Source: Ophelia neglecta
Taxonomy: Eukaryota
Assembly: GCA_965285935.1 (NCBI GenBank)
Contig: OZ260663.1
Coordinates: 55,056,001-55,120,000 of the forward strand
Direction of reading: 5' to 3'
Length of the DNA stretch: 64,000 bases
The notes beneath the pieces are model-generated. The model ran no database searches. It was not told the origin of the DNA and was given only the letters and a program-made list of their open reading frames with translations. Each line of letters opens with the position of its first letter. The first letter of the stretch is position 1. The translations under genes and the position numbers were made by a program. Shown piece by piece: positions 26,601 through 41,600 of the stretch.

Positions 26601-29600
26601 AGGGTAGTATTTCACAGAACCTCTGGTATTTGTAAGTGTTCAGAACAACTCATGGGTTCTCATAAACTATGTACGTTAGAGTTTGCAGTACTCACCAACT
26701 TCTATTTACAATTTCTAAATTTTCCACTTCCAGCAATCTTAACCTTTTTCTACAGATTTACACAGAACAAAGACAGATTTGTATACAACAATGTCAGACT
26801 CTATCTGGTGATAACAAGCACTCGGAGAGCCTGGTAAAGTGCAAGGATTTTGTTAATCTTTGGATCACTTTTCATCTACAGTAATTGCAGAACATTTACT
26901 GAGGAAAAAATAGTAGTTTTCCACACACAACCAAACTTTAATTGTCCAAGAAGTGTTTTCTTACTTTCTCTATATTTGTAACAAGTGGTAGGAAATAATT
27001 TACAGATTAGCAATGATTCCAGGTCTGTGCTCTTAAGAGCCAAGTGGCAAGAAGTGTTTATAAAGTACCATTTTTTGGAGTTTAGTAGGAGTCATACTTA
27101 CTGAGCCTAGTTTTCCGGGGACATAGACCAGAGGTCTGTAGTAGGGATATGTACAGAACATAACGGCTTTTCACGCACTCACTCAATCCACTAGGAAATG
27201 ACTCTCACTTCTCAAAGATCACCACACTTATCTCCTTCCAACAGTTTGTAACTGATAAAGTATTTAAATCTCCTGTGTGAGACAACTACATCCTTTCTAC
27301 ACTAATGCCTGTCATTCACACACATGGAAAAAACAGGCTTTGATGAAAACTTTTCCAATGCCCTGAGATTTGTTCCAACAACCTCAATAATTTTCTTACC
27401 AGACAACTTGCAATGTACACCAAATACTGTACACCACCCTAAAACTCATCACTTCCCCATCAGTACCAGTGGACTGCTCTATTTGAACTCTGGGGGTGCC
27501 AGCTTCCAAACTGTTGCTGTACACTATCAGCCAGTGTAATCACAAAGGGACACCCTCCAGCCTTTACCCTCTCAAAAGGTTGAGTCTATTATCAGCCAAG
27601 GGGTGACAGAGGCCAAAAGATCACCACAGTTATTTCACTGTGGGCACAAAGGCTCACCAAACTGCTGAAGACTTCCTGCTGCTTTATTGTTACAGTTCCA
27701 TTAAGTTTCCTTTTATTCATGCCATACTTTAAGGAAAAGCAAAAGCAACTTTGCTCATCACCCAATTACCGCCTACTCTGTGAAGTTTTATCTGATGTAA
27801 AAAACATATTCAAGATGGGGCATTAACACTCTTAGCTTCCTTGTAATTTGTCCTGAATGATATCTATTCACAATTTTTCCAATTATGAACTAATCAAAGG
27901 CATTACCGCCAGCTGCTGCTACAACAAATTATTGCGTGTGTCACTTGGGTCAAGCATTATTTGCAAATATTACCAGAAAATCAGCAATTTAATAAAGGTT
28001 AAATGCATTTCCTACATGCAACATTTGGAGTGAAATGCTTGATGAGAAAAGTATTCTTGATTATTTTGATTACAAACTCATTAGCTAACATCAACTGCTT
28101 TCTCGGAAAAACAGGTCATATCCAGTTCTTATACTGAGTAATAAAAATGCCTCCTATAAAAACATCATAAAAGTTTGCTTATTCCTGAAATCTACTTTAC
28201 AAGCAAGTTACTGAGTGATGTACAAGGACACAAGCCATCTAATGTCTTAACATTCTACCAAGTCAAAACAATGTCACCAACACTTTGTAGAGGCATTGAG
28301 ATGACAGGAAGCTATCTACCAGACTTCTGATAGAGATGAATTTTTATTACTCTCAAGCCTACAATAAATCGCTTTGCCAACAGAGGTTTTTGACTTGCCC
28401 TCTGTGGTATAGTTGTAAAGATTGTATGAATATCAAAGAAGTGGCTGTGGTAAGAGGATATGCCTTTCCCCAAATGACAAAACTTGCTAATTAATGACAA
28501 GCGGCAAATGGCTTTGACAGCGCAGCCAGAAAACCAGATGTAAGAGATCTGAGCTAATCCAGGACTGGGGGAGTGTGTTGCTCAACTCTTAATAATCCAT
28601 GCTTGGCTTGTGGAGAACATGATTCTCTCTGACCCCATGGAATAAGTTAATTCTACCCACCCTGCTGTGACCAAAGTCACCGCCTTTACACCACAATACT
28701 ACTATGCTACATTCGAGATCCTGGTAAATTCCTGTTGGCATGAGTTTCTAACGGGTTTGGTAATTCATGTGGACAGCGCCCTCAACAGATTTCTTTCTGC
28801 ACTGGTGACTTTGGGTTCTGGTTGCAGGGAAACCCAGCGCCGCCGGGTGATAGTGGTCACTATAGCCATTTGCTAGGTTATTTCTAGTTTGCCGTCTATA
28901 CTAATGTTCTTAACTCATTCATCATCTCTATCCACACTGGCCAAGGTTTATGTTCCAGCAATGTATGACTGCTTTTATGACTAGGCTGGTTGGTGCACCC
29001 AAGTAACACTAGATCTCTGCTCAAGTAAAAATGCATTTCCAAAGAAAGGTCATAAAGTGAAGTAAAGGTCCACACATATTGATTGGTAACTCACTGTAGT
29101 AACTCACCAAGTCAGGAGTTGACCTCTCCCAACTCACCCGTGGCAAGGCTAGCTGACTTACTTCAAATTGCAACAGTGAAAGTTTTTATATCAATAATCA
29201 TTTCAAGACTTCTTTGGCAATAAAAGTCATTGACTAATGGACTGATGGACAGCTTTCAAGGTCCAGAAGTTGTGCGAAAGGTGAGCAAAATATCACCATT
29301 GATAATAAATGTTGATTGCAGAAACCAGTACGTTTTTCTCCAAATGAAAAATGACAAGTTTAAGAGACAGAGAGTAATATAACTCATCATTTGTACTGAG
29401 AGCAGCCTATGTTTTAGCATCACATGCTATACTATTACAGGGAAGTCTATCTAAAAGATCATTGCTAGAGACAGAAAAATTGACATAGGTTACATTTGCT
29501 TGCCCGCCTCTTCCTGCCCAATCAAAACCAGGAGGGGCATTTCAGAAAAAATCAGGATAAACCTTCAATCTTACTGAATTTACCAAGCTTCAATCTCTGG

Positions 29601-32600
29601 CCTGTAATCTCTGCCAGGTGGACCATGTCAAGTAGAACTTTTTAGTGCCTCCCATCTCTTTTCCGGCAGCTCAGGTTTGACAGAGGCAGAGCACACAGCA
29701 GCATGCTGGAAGTGCCAGCTTTCAATCCTCATTCCAAATTAAACATGGATCAGAGACAGATGCCTACAAGTGCAGTGCAGAGGTTTTCTAGGAGCAAAGT
29801 GACTATATAGCTGCCTCCAATTGACTAATGCTGAGAAATCACGCTGGGATATTAGTTGAGTTCCTCCCCATTTTGCACCCCTCCTAGAGTTTTCACCCAG
29901 TTGGGTGCGCACCAAAGCACATGTTGGAATTTGCATTTAATAAACTACAATGTCAGTTTCATGGCCAATTGAGTCTGACAAGGGAGTACAGCTACCTGAA
30001 AACTTGACAGCAGGTAGCAAAACCCTCCGAGTTCAAAAATATTCATCTCTGAGACCCTTGTCTTCACCTCAAAATCAAAGGTTATTAAGTAGAAATTGAA
30101 GATGGATCTCAACTCCTCAGAATTGGATTTTACTTTACCCCATACTAGGAGCTCACAAGAAGTCAGTCCAATCCAAAAATAAAAGCTGACATCAAAACAA
30201 AATTGAAATGGATGGTTTCCTATTCTTTCAATAGGTGGGTATAAATTTTTTGAAGTTTTTGAATCCCTGACTGACAGGGTGGTCAAGGTTAGGTGGCTCC
30301 TGCTGGGTCACCCCATCACCCCAGCCACAGTAAATATGACACCTAAAATTACCAATCATTTCTAATAGAAATATCACAACATCAAATAGATTTCTGGTAA
30401 CTTCAGTGGAGCTAATGACAAGGATCAAAACCCCACTGGTGATTTCCCCTGCTGAGAGTGAGAGGGTGGGCCAGATAAGGCCTGAAACAGTACTGCCCAC
30501 CAGAGACCAAATCTCAAGGAACAGCTAGGATTTTGCTCAAATTGCCCAAGCCAAATATGAATACAGCTAATTCGTTAGCACCATGGGGCAAGGAATTATA
30601 TATTCCCTCAGGGCTGAAATTTGACTGGGAATCATCTCAGGGCATCAGTTGGATATGATGTCCAAATGAAACTTGGTGTATCCAATTTAATGAGAATCCA
30701 AAGCAAAGATAAGAAAGTGGGGTGAGTCTTAACATACATGAATGAAGGCAAGGCCACTTAAATCTGCCATTTATCTTAGTTGAAATCAGACAGGGAAAAG
30801 TGGGAGATCACTGAAACTTTAAACTTTTCTTTCCTTTCTCTTATTAGCTTTTATTACCTGTATCTTCAATTTTGGCAAGAGACTTCAACAACCTCTGGCA
30901 ATTATCTATGTTGTCAGCACTAAAAGATAGTGGAAATCTGAGGTGAACTTGGGGCCATATTTTAAAAGTTTTCTCTATGAGTATGATGAGGACTACTGCT
31001 GAAATAGGAAACTTTAGATAAACAGGCTGACCAAGTTGTTTAATCTTCAGGATCTAGTAAGTCTATGTGGGTCAGCCTCTAATAAGCCAACTGATCACTG
31101 CAAATAACTCAGGTAATGAATCATGCTACCAAGGCTGGGCTAAACTTAGGATTTGCTGAGGCAAGTTCCAGCCTATATGACCCATCTAACTCCCCATCTA
31201 AACAACCAAACCCAATGTAACGCACATCTGGTTTTCATCAGAATGCCACAAATCTGATTGGCTGAGAAGTCCTGGCAGGAAATGTTCCTCTTTCCCAAGA
31301 GGCTCATCACATCCAAACAATGAGATGGCACTGGCTGCCAAATTTAAACGAAAAGGCTGAATGTGTTAAATTTTGAAAAGCTTGTGAGGTGCAACAGGCA
31401 ACATAAACATAGGGTACCTTCTGCAAACAGTGAATATGTCCACAAATAAATATTCCTGCCAAAATGTCCACATCAAAACCCCTGATGACTTTCAATCGTA
31501 AATATCTGCAAGGCAAATTTAGACTGCAGCATCATTTGTATGACATATGTCCATAATATCCAGTTTTCTACATCATTAGATGTGTGTAAATATTGCCCCT
31601 GCATTTGACCCTCAACAAAGCATGACATTCTCAAACAAATACATCATGGGCCCTGCACTCTGGTTTTTACAGAGAAAGAACATTAACATGCATTTAAGTG
31701 TTTCAGGTTAGTGCCCTAAAGTGTAAACAGAGCAATGATGGCTTGGAACAGAAATCCATCTGGTTACCGTATTGTGGAGCTTTTAAGGTTTTCACCGTGA
31801 CACTTGAGCTGAATAATAATAGGGGGGAAGTAAGGAGACGGTTTTTAGGGAAAAGGGAGAAGTAAGATACACCTTAACCTCTTAATTTGCATCAGTACCT
31901 AAACTGGGATTGAAAAGATACAGCTAAGAAAATTATAAAATGAACTGTGTTTATGATGTTACAAGGGACTGAGCTTGAGGGGTGAGTTGAGTTGACCCCT
32001 GACCTTTGGCTGTCATAGTGAGGAGAGACAAGAAACGGGTGTGTTCACTGCATAAAAACTGTCTGAAATACAATAGACCACCCTGTAACCATACCAGGGC
32101 TAATCAACAGGACTTCTCCACACCATTTGGAAAGGCAGTGAAAGTTGGCATCCCGAGAATAATGGCCACTATATGTGTGATATTCAGGGAATGCAAGCCT
32201 GGAAAGTGTTTGTATGTTGGACATGGGAGCCAAAAAAAACTGATTGAATCTCCAGTAGAATACTATTTATGCAAAAAGGCACAATTATTTTGTACCAAAA
32301 TTAAGGAGTTGGTAAAAATAACTATGAATCAGTTAAACAATCCAGCAAATATAGCTTGTGGAAAAGATTGTTATTGGAACCTCAAAAACTTGATGTATGT
32401 TGTGAAACATAAATGTACATGTTTCAAGTGAAGGAAGATTATATTTGCTCATGTCATATATATATATATATATTTTTTTTTTGTTGGGCAGGACCATTGG
32501 TCTGCGGACCTCATATACATAATATACACAATGACATTAAGCTAGTTGATAAGACACCTATCTTTGATTTGCCTGCATGCAGTCAGTTAGTTAGGGTCTA

Positions 32601-35600
32601 TTTTCTCCACCTACTGAAGACACTATCTCACTATCATGTTATAAAATTAGCCCTTGACTTGATAGAATCGCCTCTCTGAGTGCCCTCTTTAGACAGCTAG
32701 GCACATAACCTAGGCTCCTTCAACCATAAAATCAGAGCTGCTAGGTCAGATATGCACCCAGATTTGAGCTTTATCCTTTGCAAATTCCCCACACAAGTAA
32801 CTTTTCACCCAACAAAATTTGTCAGTGTGTCATACAATACTGCTGAGTAATGGTAGCCCACTGTTGTTGCTACAGGCCCTTGCTGTGAGGGAGGATTTGG
32901 GACAACACCTCTCCAATAAAATATTGGGTAGGTTGGGCAGGCTACATGTTGAGCCAGTGCACCTTTGGCATACCAATCAGCCTTCACTGGGCATATTTTT
33001 GGCAGATAAAAGGTTTGCCACATAAAAATGGCAAAGTTTATCTGGTCAGCATATCTCAGTCTCTCAAGGTATATGTGTTTTCATCATTCCATCATCAACA
33101 GCAGTTCTCCGAAGATGCCATGTGGGGAAAACACATCAGATTGTGATCAACATGTACCATTTCAAACTACTATCAAATTAACCCAGGTCACTTCTAATAT
33201 GATAAAGAGACATTTTCTAGTAAACTTACCACATGTACTTCAATAGGACATGAAGTCATCAGGCATAAAAAAATAAGTAGTATACATTGTGATAGTTCTT
33301 CACCAATGTGCCAGCCAAACTCCTTTGAAGCTTATACATAAAAGCACTGAACAAGAGCTAAAAAAAAACAAAAAAACAGGATCTACTTAAACCAATTTGC
33401 CTGAAGCTATTTTATATATTTTAATCAGCTAAAGGTTGTTTATACTCCAGTAAACATACAGGTAAAACCTCGTCAGCCATCTCGGGGAGGATGAACCTTA
33501 GCAGGTATACATACCTGTTACTGTTTGATAATGTCTCAGCCTGTTTACTGAGAGGGCGTAGATGAAGCTATCTGGCTATCAGCCGGGCCTTGTCATCTGC
33601 CTCATTTGAGACACATTTTAGCCAAAGTGACTTGGAAACTATCTACAGGCGTTATAGTGATGAACAGCAGATACTTTGTGAATCACAGCTCACTAAACCA
33701 CGTGGAAAAGGTGTTTCGTATTTGCAACAAGTCGGTGAGGGTTTCCTGGGCCTCCCCTACCAGATGCCAAGAGGTGTTACTGGGGTATAGTACCTGAGGG
33801 ATGAGAAGGGCCAGCTTCTCACATGTCTACTGCCCCCTCCAAATAGGAAAGGTGTCAAGTCAGTACCACAGCAATGTTACACAATATTCTGACCAAAATT
33901 GCTTACAGAATCGCTTTAATAACCAGGATTTAGCAATGCATGTTGAAAATAATTCAGGCTCAAAATGGAATATTCCACACTAAACAGAGGGACATTTTTG
34001 TCAACCAATTCAGAAATTAACCATATGTTCCAGTACAGTAGAGAGATGTTTTTCACAGAACTTAATGTCAGAATACAAGATACACTGTAGTAAAACTAAG
34101 GGTATTTTGACTTACCAGTTAGGGTCAAGTTTGACAACTTCCTAGCTTGGACCACAGAAAACTACTACAATTTTTTTTCAGCTTTCCCAATGCTGTTGGA
34201 GTAATTTTCAACAGTGAACAGGGGTAGAAATATATCAGCACACTGTAAGTGGCCATAATGTTTAGCTTTTAAATAGCCTGCCACATGAAAAACTAAATCT
34301 ACTACTTCCTGATAAGAATGCTTTGTTTTGTCAAAACACTTCAAAACATCAACAGATGATCTGGAGTACAGTGATAATTGGGATGAAAGAAGTTCTCCAC
34401 TTCAAAATAGTTTGTGGTTTAACAAATAGAAAAGTAATTTTAAACATACAACTCCTGCATTAATGCAGTGTCTTGTTTTCACTCACTAAATGCAAGCGGC
34501 CAACTGTATTGATCTGCATAAATTGTGAGTTAATCAATTCTAGTAATTAAAATGCCAAAAAATGATTAACTTTCAACATGCATAACATATCCTGACACTC
34601 AATTGTAGCACACACCTACGCACAGCCTAATGTGGACACTTGTCAACGTCCTTAGCCAATAGCCAAGTTAACAGTTGTTGATTAGAGAGAAAAAAATCAC
34701 AAAATGATTACATATTGCTATATTGAATGACAGGGTTGTGTAGCCTTGATAAGGAGCAACAAGTGTTTTAAACCTGTATGTATGTGAGGGGCCAGGTGTG
34801 CAGCCAGTTGAGCCTGGCTGTGTCTGGAGGGAGGAGTAGAGGTTTGCCAGACTAGGGTCACTTCACTGTTCTCCTCCGGCCCACCTCTCAGCTGTTGATG
34901 GTTTGTGTAGCCAGTTGGTGAACCCCCAACAATCTAAACTTATCAACACATTTACTATGGAATTCACCAGACATAATACCCATGACACACTACAAAATTA
35001 CTGGCAAAAAAACAACTATCTACCACCAGAGTACCCAATGACTGAGTGAATGCTTGGCAAAAACAACCAGCTGATCATTTTTATGCAATACAATTAAAAT
35101 ATAGCATGCTAAAGCATTAAGTATCTTTTAAATGGACAATTTAATTCACTCAAAAATCACTCAAAAAAGTGACATTTACTTAAGAAGGCCAAAGGATGGG
35201 CCCACAGCTCAAGCATACATCTATTTAACAATTAAATATAAAAGTATAAATTTGTGGGAAGGCCTACAACTGTAGCATTAGACTGTGGTGGCATTTGATG
35301 AATAGGGGACCACCTGGATACTAATTAATGAATGTTAGTGTCATTACATAAAGGGATTCTCTAATGACTTAAATCCACTTGATGTAATATGTAACAATAT
35401 AAAGTTTAATCCTTTTATTATCCAAATTGATCATAGATATAGTGCTGATTTGGAATGGCAGTTTGACACGGAGTTATTTGTTGACAATCCCTTTCACTCA
35501 ATCTACAAAGTAAACTGTATTGTTGGACTCTTTAGTAATTATGACAATAGAATTATTGAAATGAATTATACTAAGGTAAACTGAGGCAGGCTTATACACA

Positions 35601-38600
35601 GCTGTCAAGCAAATTCAACATGGATATGAAAAATTCATATCAGGCTCTGGACATATAATATGTAAACATTCAAACAATGTCCTGGAACAAGTCAAATGAT
35701 GGGCATTATGGTCATAAAAGTTTAATAAACTTTTCTGATAACAAGATGAAACATGGATTCTTTTTATTAAGGTTACTGGCTTTTGTCTCAGTGTTAGTTT
35801 AAACTGTATTGTTCCTGGGTCATAAACAACTTGAACAGAGCACTAAACCAGAAAAGACGGAAACTAAACGCATCTGTCACAGCTGCAAATACTTGGCGTG
35901 TAATAAATGACTAAATTTAAAAGTATATAAATATGTGCACCTGAAATCTAGGTCTGCAGTAGTAGAACATAGGTCCGAAATTACTGTAGTTGTACATCGA
36001 AGCTGTTTAGCCAAATAGTTCTACAATCCGATGCAATCCAATCACAGGTTATTTAGTTTGTCATATGGTAAATAGCCACAGAGTTTACTCCAATTGCCCC
36101 AGCACAGTTTTCAGTGCAACACTTTACAAACTCCAGCAGATGTATCTCCACACGGATTGGGCAACAATGTGCAGGCCCGGTGTAGAGATGATAATCTACA
36201 CTCCAAAGTAAAAACAGACCGGAGAACTGGCTCCCTGAATGGCAGGGGACTGAATCAAGGCAGCTGGCTTCTCAAACTTTCTCCTTCTACCGGCACCAAC
36301 ACTTGTGTCTGTCATACACGACTTCCTACTCGTTGCTCACTACTTCACCGGCCAATCTTGTGTCTCTTGACTAGCTAGCCGCTCAGATGAGATGTTTATT
36401 CTAGGTTTTACTCACATTTGCACGCCACAACCCAAACCAGCTAAGTTCAGCTCACACTCATCTATATGCGTCACTCAAGCTCCCCTAAACTTTGTATCGG
36501 CTCTTGCCTGAGCATGAGAGATCAGTGCGGGGAGGACTTGGCACTGACTTGGCGGTGAAATCACTGGACTATACATCCACCCATCATCAACTGTGGCACC
36601 TCCAGCATTAGACTGACGGCACAAACCAACCATTACTGACACTCACAGGCTACTTGACTGGGTAGGCTTTTGCTATACTTTCTTTCTCTCATTGGTGAAC
36701 TCTTTAAATTAAGAAAGGTTTGTTTTTAGTACCTGAACAATCACATGCTGCTCTAAACACAACTTTTAAAGGAAAATTAATCCTTTGTTCTTGTTTGGTT
36801 CTCACCATAAACAAAACTACCGAGATAAATTGTACAAATTTACCATGTTTGAGCACGCAAGAAATGTTCAATATCCATGTACAGTTTGTAATTGACAGTG
36901 ACTTAACAAATAAGAAAGCCCAGACTCCTCGGAAACCCAGAGGAAGGGTCAAAGGTCCCTGGAGCATTCAAAGGAAACATAACACAGCCCTGCTCGTACT
37001 GTTGAAATCTCCAATTAATTCACACTCTAGACACAAAACATGTCTTGTTGCTGCTCAGGCAGGAAAATACTGAATTTTCCTCAACTGAGGATAATTTATG
37101 TATCTTAAATTTTCTTTATGCATACTACCAGGGTCAAAATGGTCAAAAACTGTGGTTATAACTTCAAAAATAAGGTTAGCAAAATTACTGGATATTGCAT
37201 TATTAAGTTATTAACTAAAAACATTATTGGTCTATACTGGCAGAACTAGGGCAAATTTAATACTTAACATATAAAGGATAATCATACATAAAATATAACT
37301 GTAGAAATATCAAAAGAATCAATCTTTATTATATTCTTAAATGGTTTCTGAAAACATCAATTGCATTTGGACATTTAATCTATTGTATACTCTGAATACT
37401 GATGAACAGTTTTTTCTCCATATCACATGTGTCTATATTGCCAGATGCACTGAAACTTAATACAAGTTAAAAGGATAAAAAGTAGTATTGTCAATTGATA
37501 TTTTTTCAAACTCCCAGGGCTAACTTAATATCACAATAGAAAAATTTTGATTCCATGTGGTTTCATTTCATAAAAAATTACCATAATTAAATACCAGCTG
37601 AAAAATATCTAAACAGTATAATATCCCATTCTTTTAATCCTAGTTTACAACAAGCCGAACTTAATGGAGAACCATGACATCATCACCCAGGGCAAATTTA
37701 GGATGCAGGTCATATTTGCATTTTAAAATATTCAGCCCATTATCGCTGTATTCAAATCGATCATACATCATTCGCCGAACAATGAAAAGCACAGGAGCGA
37801 AGAGAAGACTGAGGTTCTGGCAAAGGGGTCAACAACAGCAAGCCATATAGCATGCCTGGCTGCACATCTTGGCGTGTGCCCACATATACGTTGGCGGTTT
37901 TCATTCAATTGCACCAATGAATATTCTCCCAACAAAGACAGCTGAGCAAATAGCAAATACTGCGGGAAGGCAGACTTGAAAATGATAGGGAAAGTTTACA
38001 TTTATCTAAGTAGCAATGTTCAAGAATGCATCACACTTGTGTGGAAGCACAATTACGGGGAGAAGCAGAAATTCAAATTAAACCGTGTCCGGGAGCAATT
38101 TATAAGTGTTAGCCTGGGATCTAATCATAGATTATGAAAGAATGAAAAGCAAATAGGCAAACTTCCTGTCTGGCCTGAAAGCCAGTCAAAGGGCCAATGA
38201 GCAAATACCTGCATTGCACTTTGTACCAACAGCAGGCACACTTTCGAGTGTTATGAGCCTGCTTACTGTGCCTGGTGCTAACGTGTATTTGTTCTGGGGA
38301 TGACCTAGCCAGCTTTCCTGTGGGTAATCTCAACAGAATACACCTTTGATGTATCACTATGTGATGGGCTACAATCATAAGTCTATTGACAAACAAGTTT
38401 GAATTTTAAGTGCAACTGAAAAAGTTTAGTGATTGTGTTTAAAATGCAATATTGGAAGATCCTAAGATCCCTGGTGTCAGAAAATTAATTACCATTAAAA
38501 ATGTTCAACAAGTGGCATATTTCACAGTTTCTGTCTTATTTAATGTACATGTACATGGAGCAAGAGAGACACTGATACCAGGAGCGAGTTAGAGGTGTTA

Positions 38601-41600
38601 ATACAAATCATTTATTCTGCATTCTTTACAATGATTTAGAACAGTACTGTAAATTCACATACTACATGGAGGCAAACACTCTTACAACAATTTCATATAT
38701 TAAGATCTATATATCAATATAGTCTGTAAAATATGATATAGAGCGCCTGCATTTCCATAATTAATATATGAAATTCAACTACAGTTTCTACTAGCTAAAA
38801 GAAAGTACCATCACCATAATAAAAAGTAAAATTGTGAAAGTCACAGCGCTCTAACAGGCTACCACCACTGTCATCACAGACATCGCCACCGCCCTATTGT
38901 TATATTGTTATTACCTGCATCGGCTGTAATTCTGCATATTCCAGCGAATCCATGAATCTCATTGCGAGTTCTACCATGATTGAAATTATCTAGAAGTCAG
39001 TTGCACAACAATATCCAGAGCTCGGCGGTCTTCCACGCCAGTCAGGGACAGAAAAAGTCGAAAGTAAGTTCCAGCATGCGTTGGGCAGTTCTTCAGTGAT
39101 TAGACTGTGTCAGCATGCTGGCTGCCATACCTTTGTGTGTTGGTTGGTGTATGTGTTGTCCGGTGTGTACACTCAGGCTTGTGTGTGTTGTGTGTCTATG
39201 TCCTGTGAACCACGTGGCGACAGCTCTAGGCCCTATCTCTTTACCTGTGTGTTTAAACTAGAGAGGTGTGTACTTCATGACACAGCCCCAGGGCTTCAGT
39301 GAAACAAAAGCAATCAGCAGTCTGAGACAAAGCCCTTTTGCTAGAGAGATAATTGCGCGGGCTACCTTCTCCCACATACAAAGTCTGGCTGAAAGTGTGT
39401 GCGCCCTCTCCACGCTCCACTGGACTGTAACCAGTCAGTCCAGGACAATACACATACTACACAAGTGTGCCCTATGGGACAGCCGCAGTGTGCCTAGAGT
39501 GTGCCAATGTCACGCTTGGCTGCACTGAAATTCTTCCCGCAGTAATTACACACACAGCGATTTCAAACGACTATTTCAGTGTTCAAATACTAGAATCATA
39601 CCTGGTCAAGAATTCAATTCACATGGGATGTTTCAGTACTGAAGATATAAGGCCTGGGCAAATTGCACTTTAGTTTATAGGCCGTATAGGTGAAAGGGAC
39701 CTCTCCAGCAAGTGAGACCGCAACACAATGGCAGGCAAAATAATGCCTGTTGCTTCATAAGCCCCTGCTAGATTAGGAGTTGGTTATCGATTTGCGTTTA
39801 AAAACAAATTCTGACTCCACTGCATCTCTCGACTTAACTGTTTTGCAGACACCAATGAAGTGCTTTTGTCCTGTTTGCCGCTGTGTGCCTGAATAACAGA
39901 CATCGATTGAAATTGTGAAAAAGTCCACAATATATCACATCAAGCAGGAACAGTTCGATGCAGAACGTGGTTAGTCATGCCTTTGATGGGCCTTAACAAT
40001 GACACGGGTAAATAGGTATGGCTCAAAATTAATGAAAACCCATCTAAAATCAATGAAAGCGTTCAATACAACATTGTTTAAGCATCCCTATCCAAATATC
40101 GGCAATGTTAGCTAAAACTCAGCGTGCAGAGTTCCCCATCTATTTAAATCAATAACTGTTTCAATACCATTCTGATGAAACATTGCTGCAACACGGCTTA
40201 ATCATTTGAAAATTAATAATTGCAACACAAAAAAGAGCCACAAGTTGAAAGTCTTCTAAACTAGCTGGTATTTTATTTAAGCAGAAGCAAAAAATGGCCA
40301 ATTACATTCTGTGCTAGATTATCAGAGGCCCCTTTTGTTATTGTTTTCTGCATATCGGTTGCTTTTTGTTGTATGGTAGTGTTCTTTACCAAGAATAAAA
40401 TCTTTGACAAACATATTTATTTAACTTATTGCATACTATAATTTGTTTGTCGTTTAATCCTGCATTTTGACAAAATATTTACATGACATTTTGTCAGTTT
40501 CTACAATATTCAATAAAGTGACAACTAGTCAACAGGTAAGACATTCCTATCAAATACAACCTGTGTACATTTATATATTAAAATAGAATGTTTCTCATGG
40601 CCAAACATCCAACTTTCCATTTTGTGGGGTGTCACTCTGATATTCATAATCCATTAAAATGCTGAGGGGGAACAACATGCAACATGTTGCCATAATAGCT
40701 TGACGAGCAATAATATGCAAACGATGGCGACAGCTGGCTTGACGAAAGCTAGGTATTCATTTGTGTGTGTCACAGTGTGTCAAAACTACCTGCTTTTTGC
40801 ATAGTTCATCACTGTCTGACATATTAAAAAAAGATCTATCCTGTAGGGCAAAATTAAACAGGAACAATTGTTTTACCAGGTAATTGTCTCCAGAATATTA
40901 ATGCTTCTAACGATAACAAGACAGGTTAATAGTACAGTTTTTAAATATTGTTGTCCATAGCTAAGCAGTCACTTATTCCACTTCCAGCCTAGACTCTAGC
41001 TTTCCAGTGCAACAAGTTGAGATGAAGCAAACATTGCCTTATATTAGGTACTTGTGTGAGGCACAATAGTGTGCTGCACCCTGTTTGAAGAAGTTGGAAC
41101 TATTTAACATGCAGCAGCAAGTTGTGCTAAGCTCCAAATACAAGCAAATGGTGGGCGTTGCATACATAATTTACATTGAAAGCATGATAAATTTATGTTA
41201 ACACTTGCCTGAGCAGATAATTTTGTGAAACAGGCACAAAAGCTACTCATTTCAATAAAATATACCAGATTCCACAAAGGCACAATCCCCATATAGGGGG
41301 GTTGCTGTCCCCATAACCCCCACCCCACCCCACACCATGAAATACAGTTAAAGTTCTTATGCTTATATAAATCCCTCTTAAGATCCAAAAAGCAAAACCC
41401 ATCTGGTATGTGTTCTCATGGTTAGGATGGTATTTCTGTTACCATCTTATGTCAGTGGGTCGTATTTCATCACACCTTTTGACAATCAGGAATCAATTTG
41501 GACAATCAATCAGCACATTCTAGAAGCTTATAGCATGATAAAGGATCTACAACTTAGCCAAGCAGCTAACATGGGGAATGCAAAAAAATTTCGCTGACAA

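Noticed and set aside
32006-32431. 141-aa plus-strand ORF and other 60-120 aa intronic ORFs
   Set aside because: No transposase, RT or other motifs; many start at non-ATG codons; consistent with chance ORFs.
39253-39453. ORF starting MYCPGL as a second Alt-like exon
   Set aside because: Starts at GTG and stops at 39253 before the donor, so it cannot join in frame.
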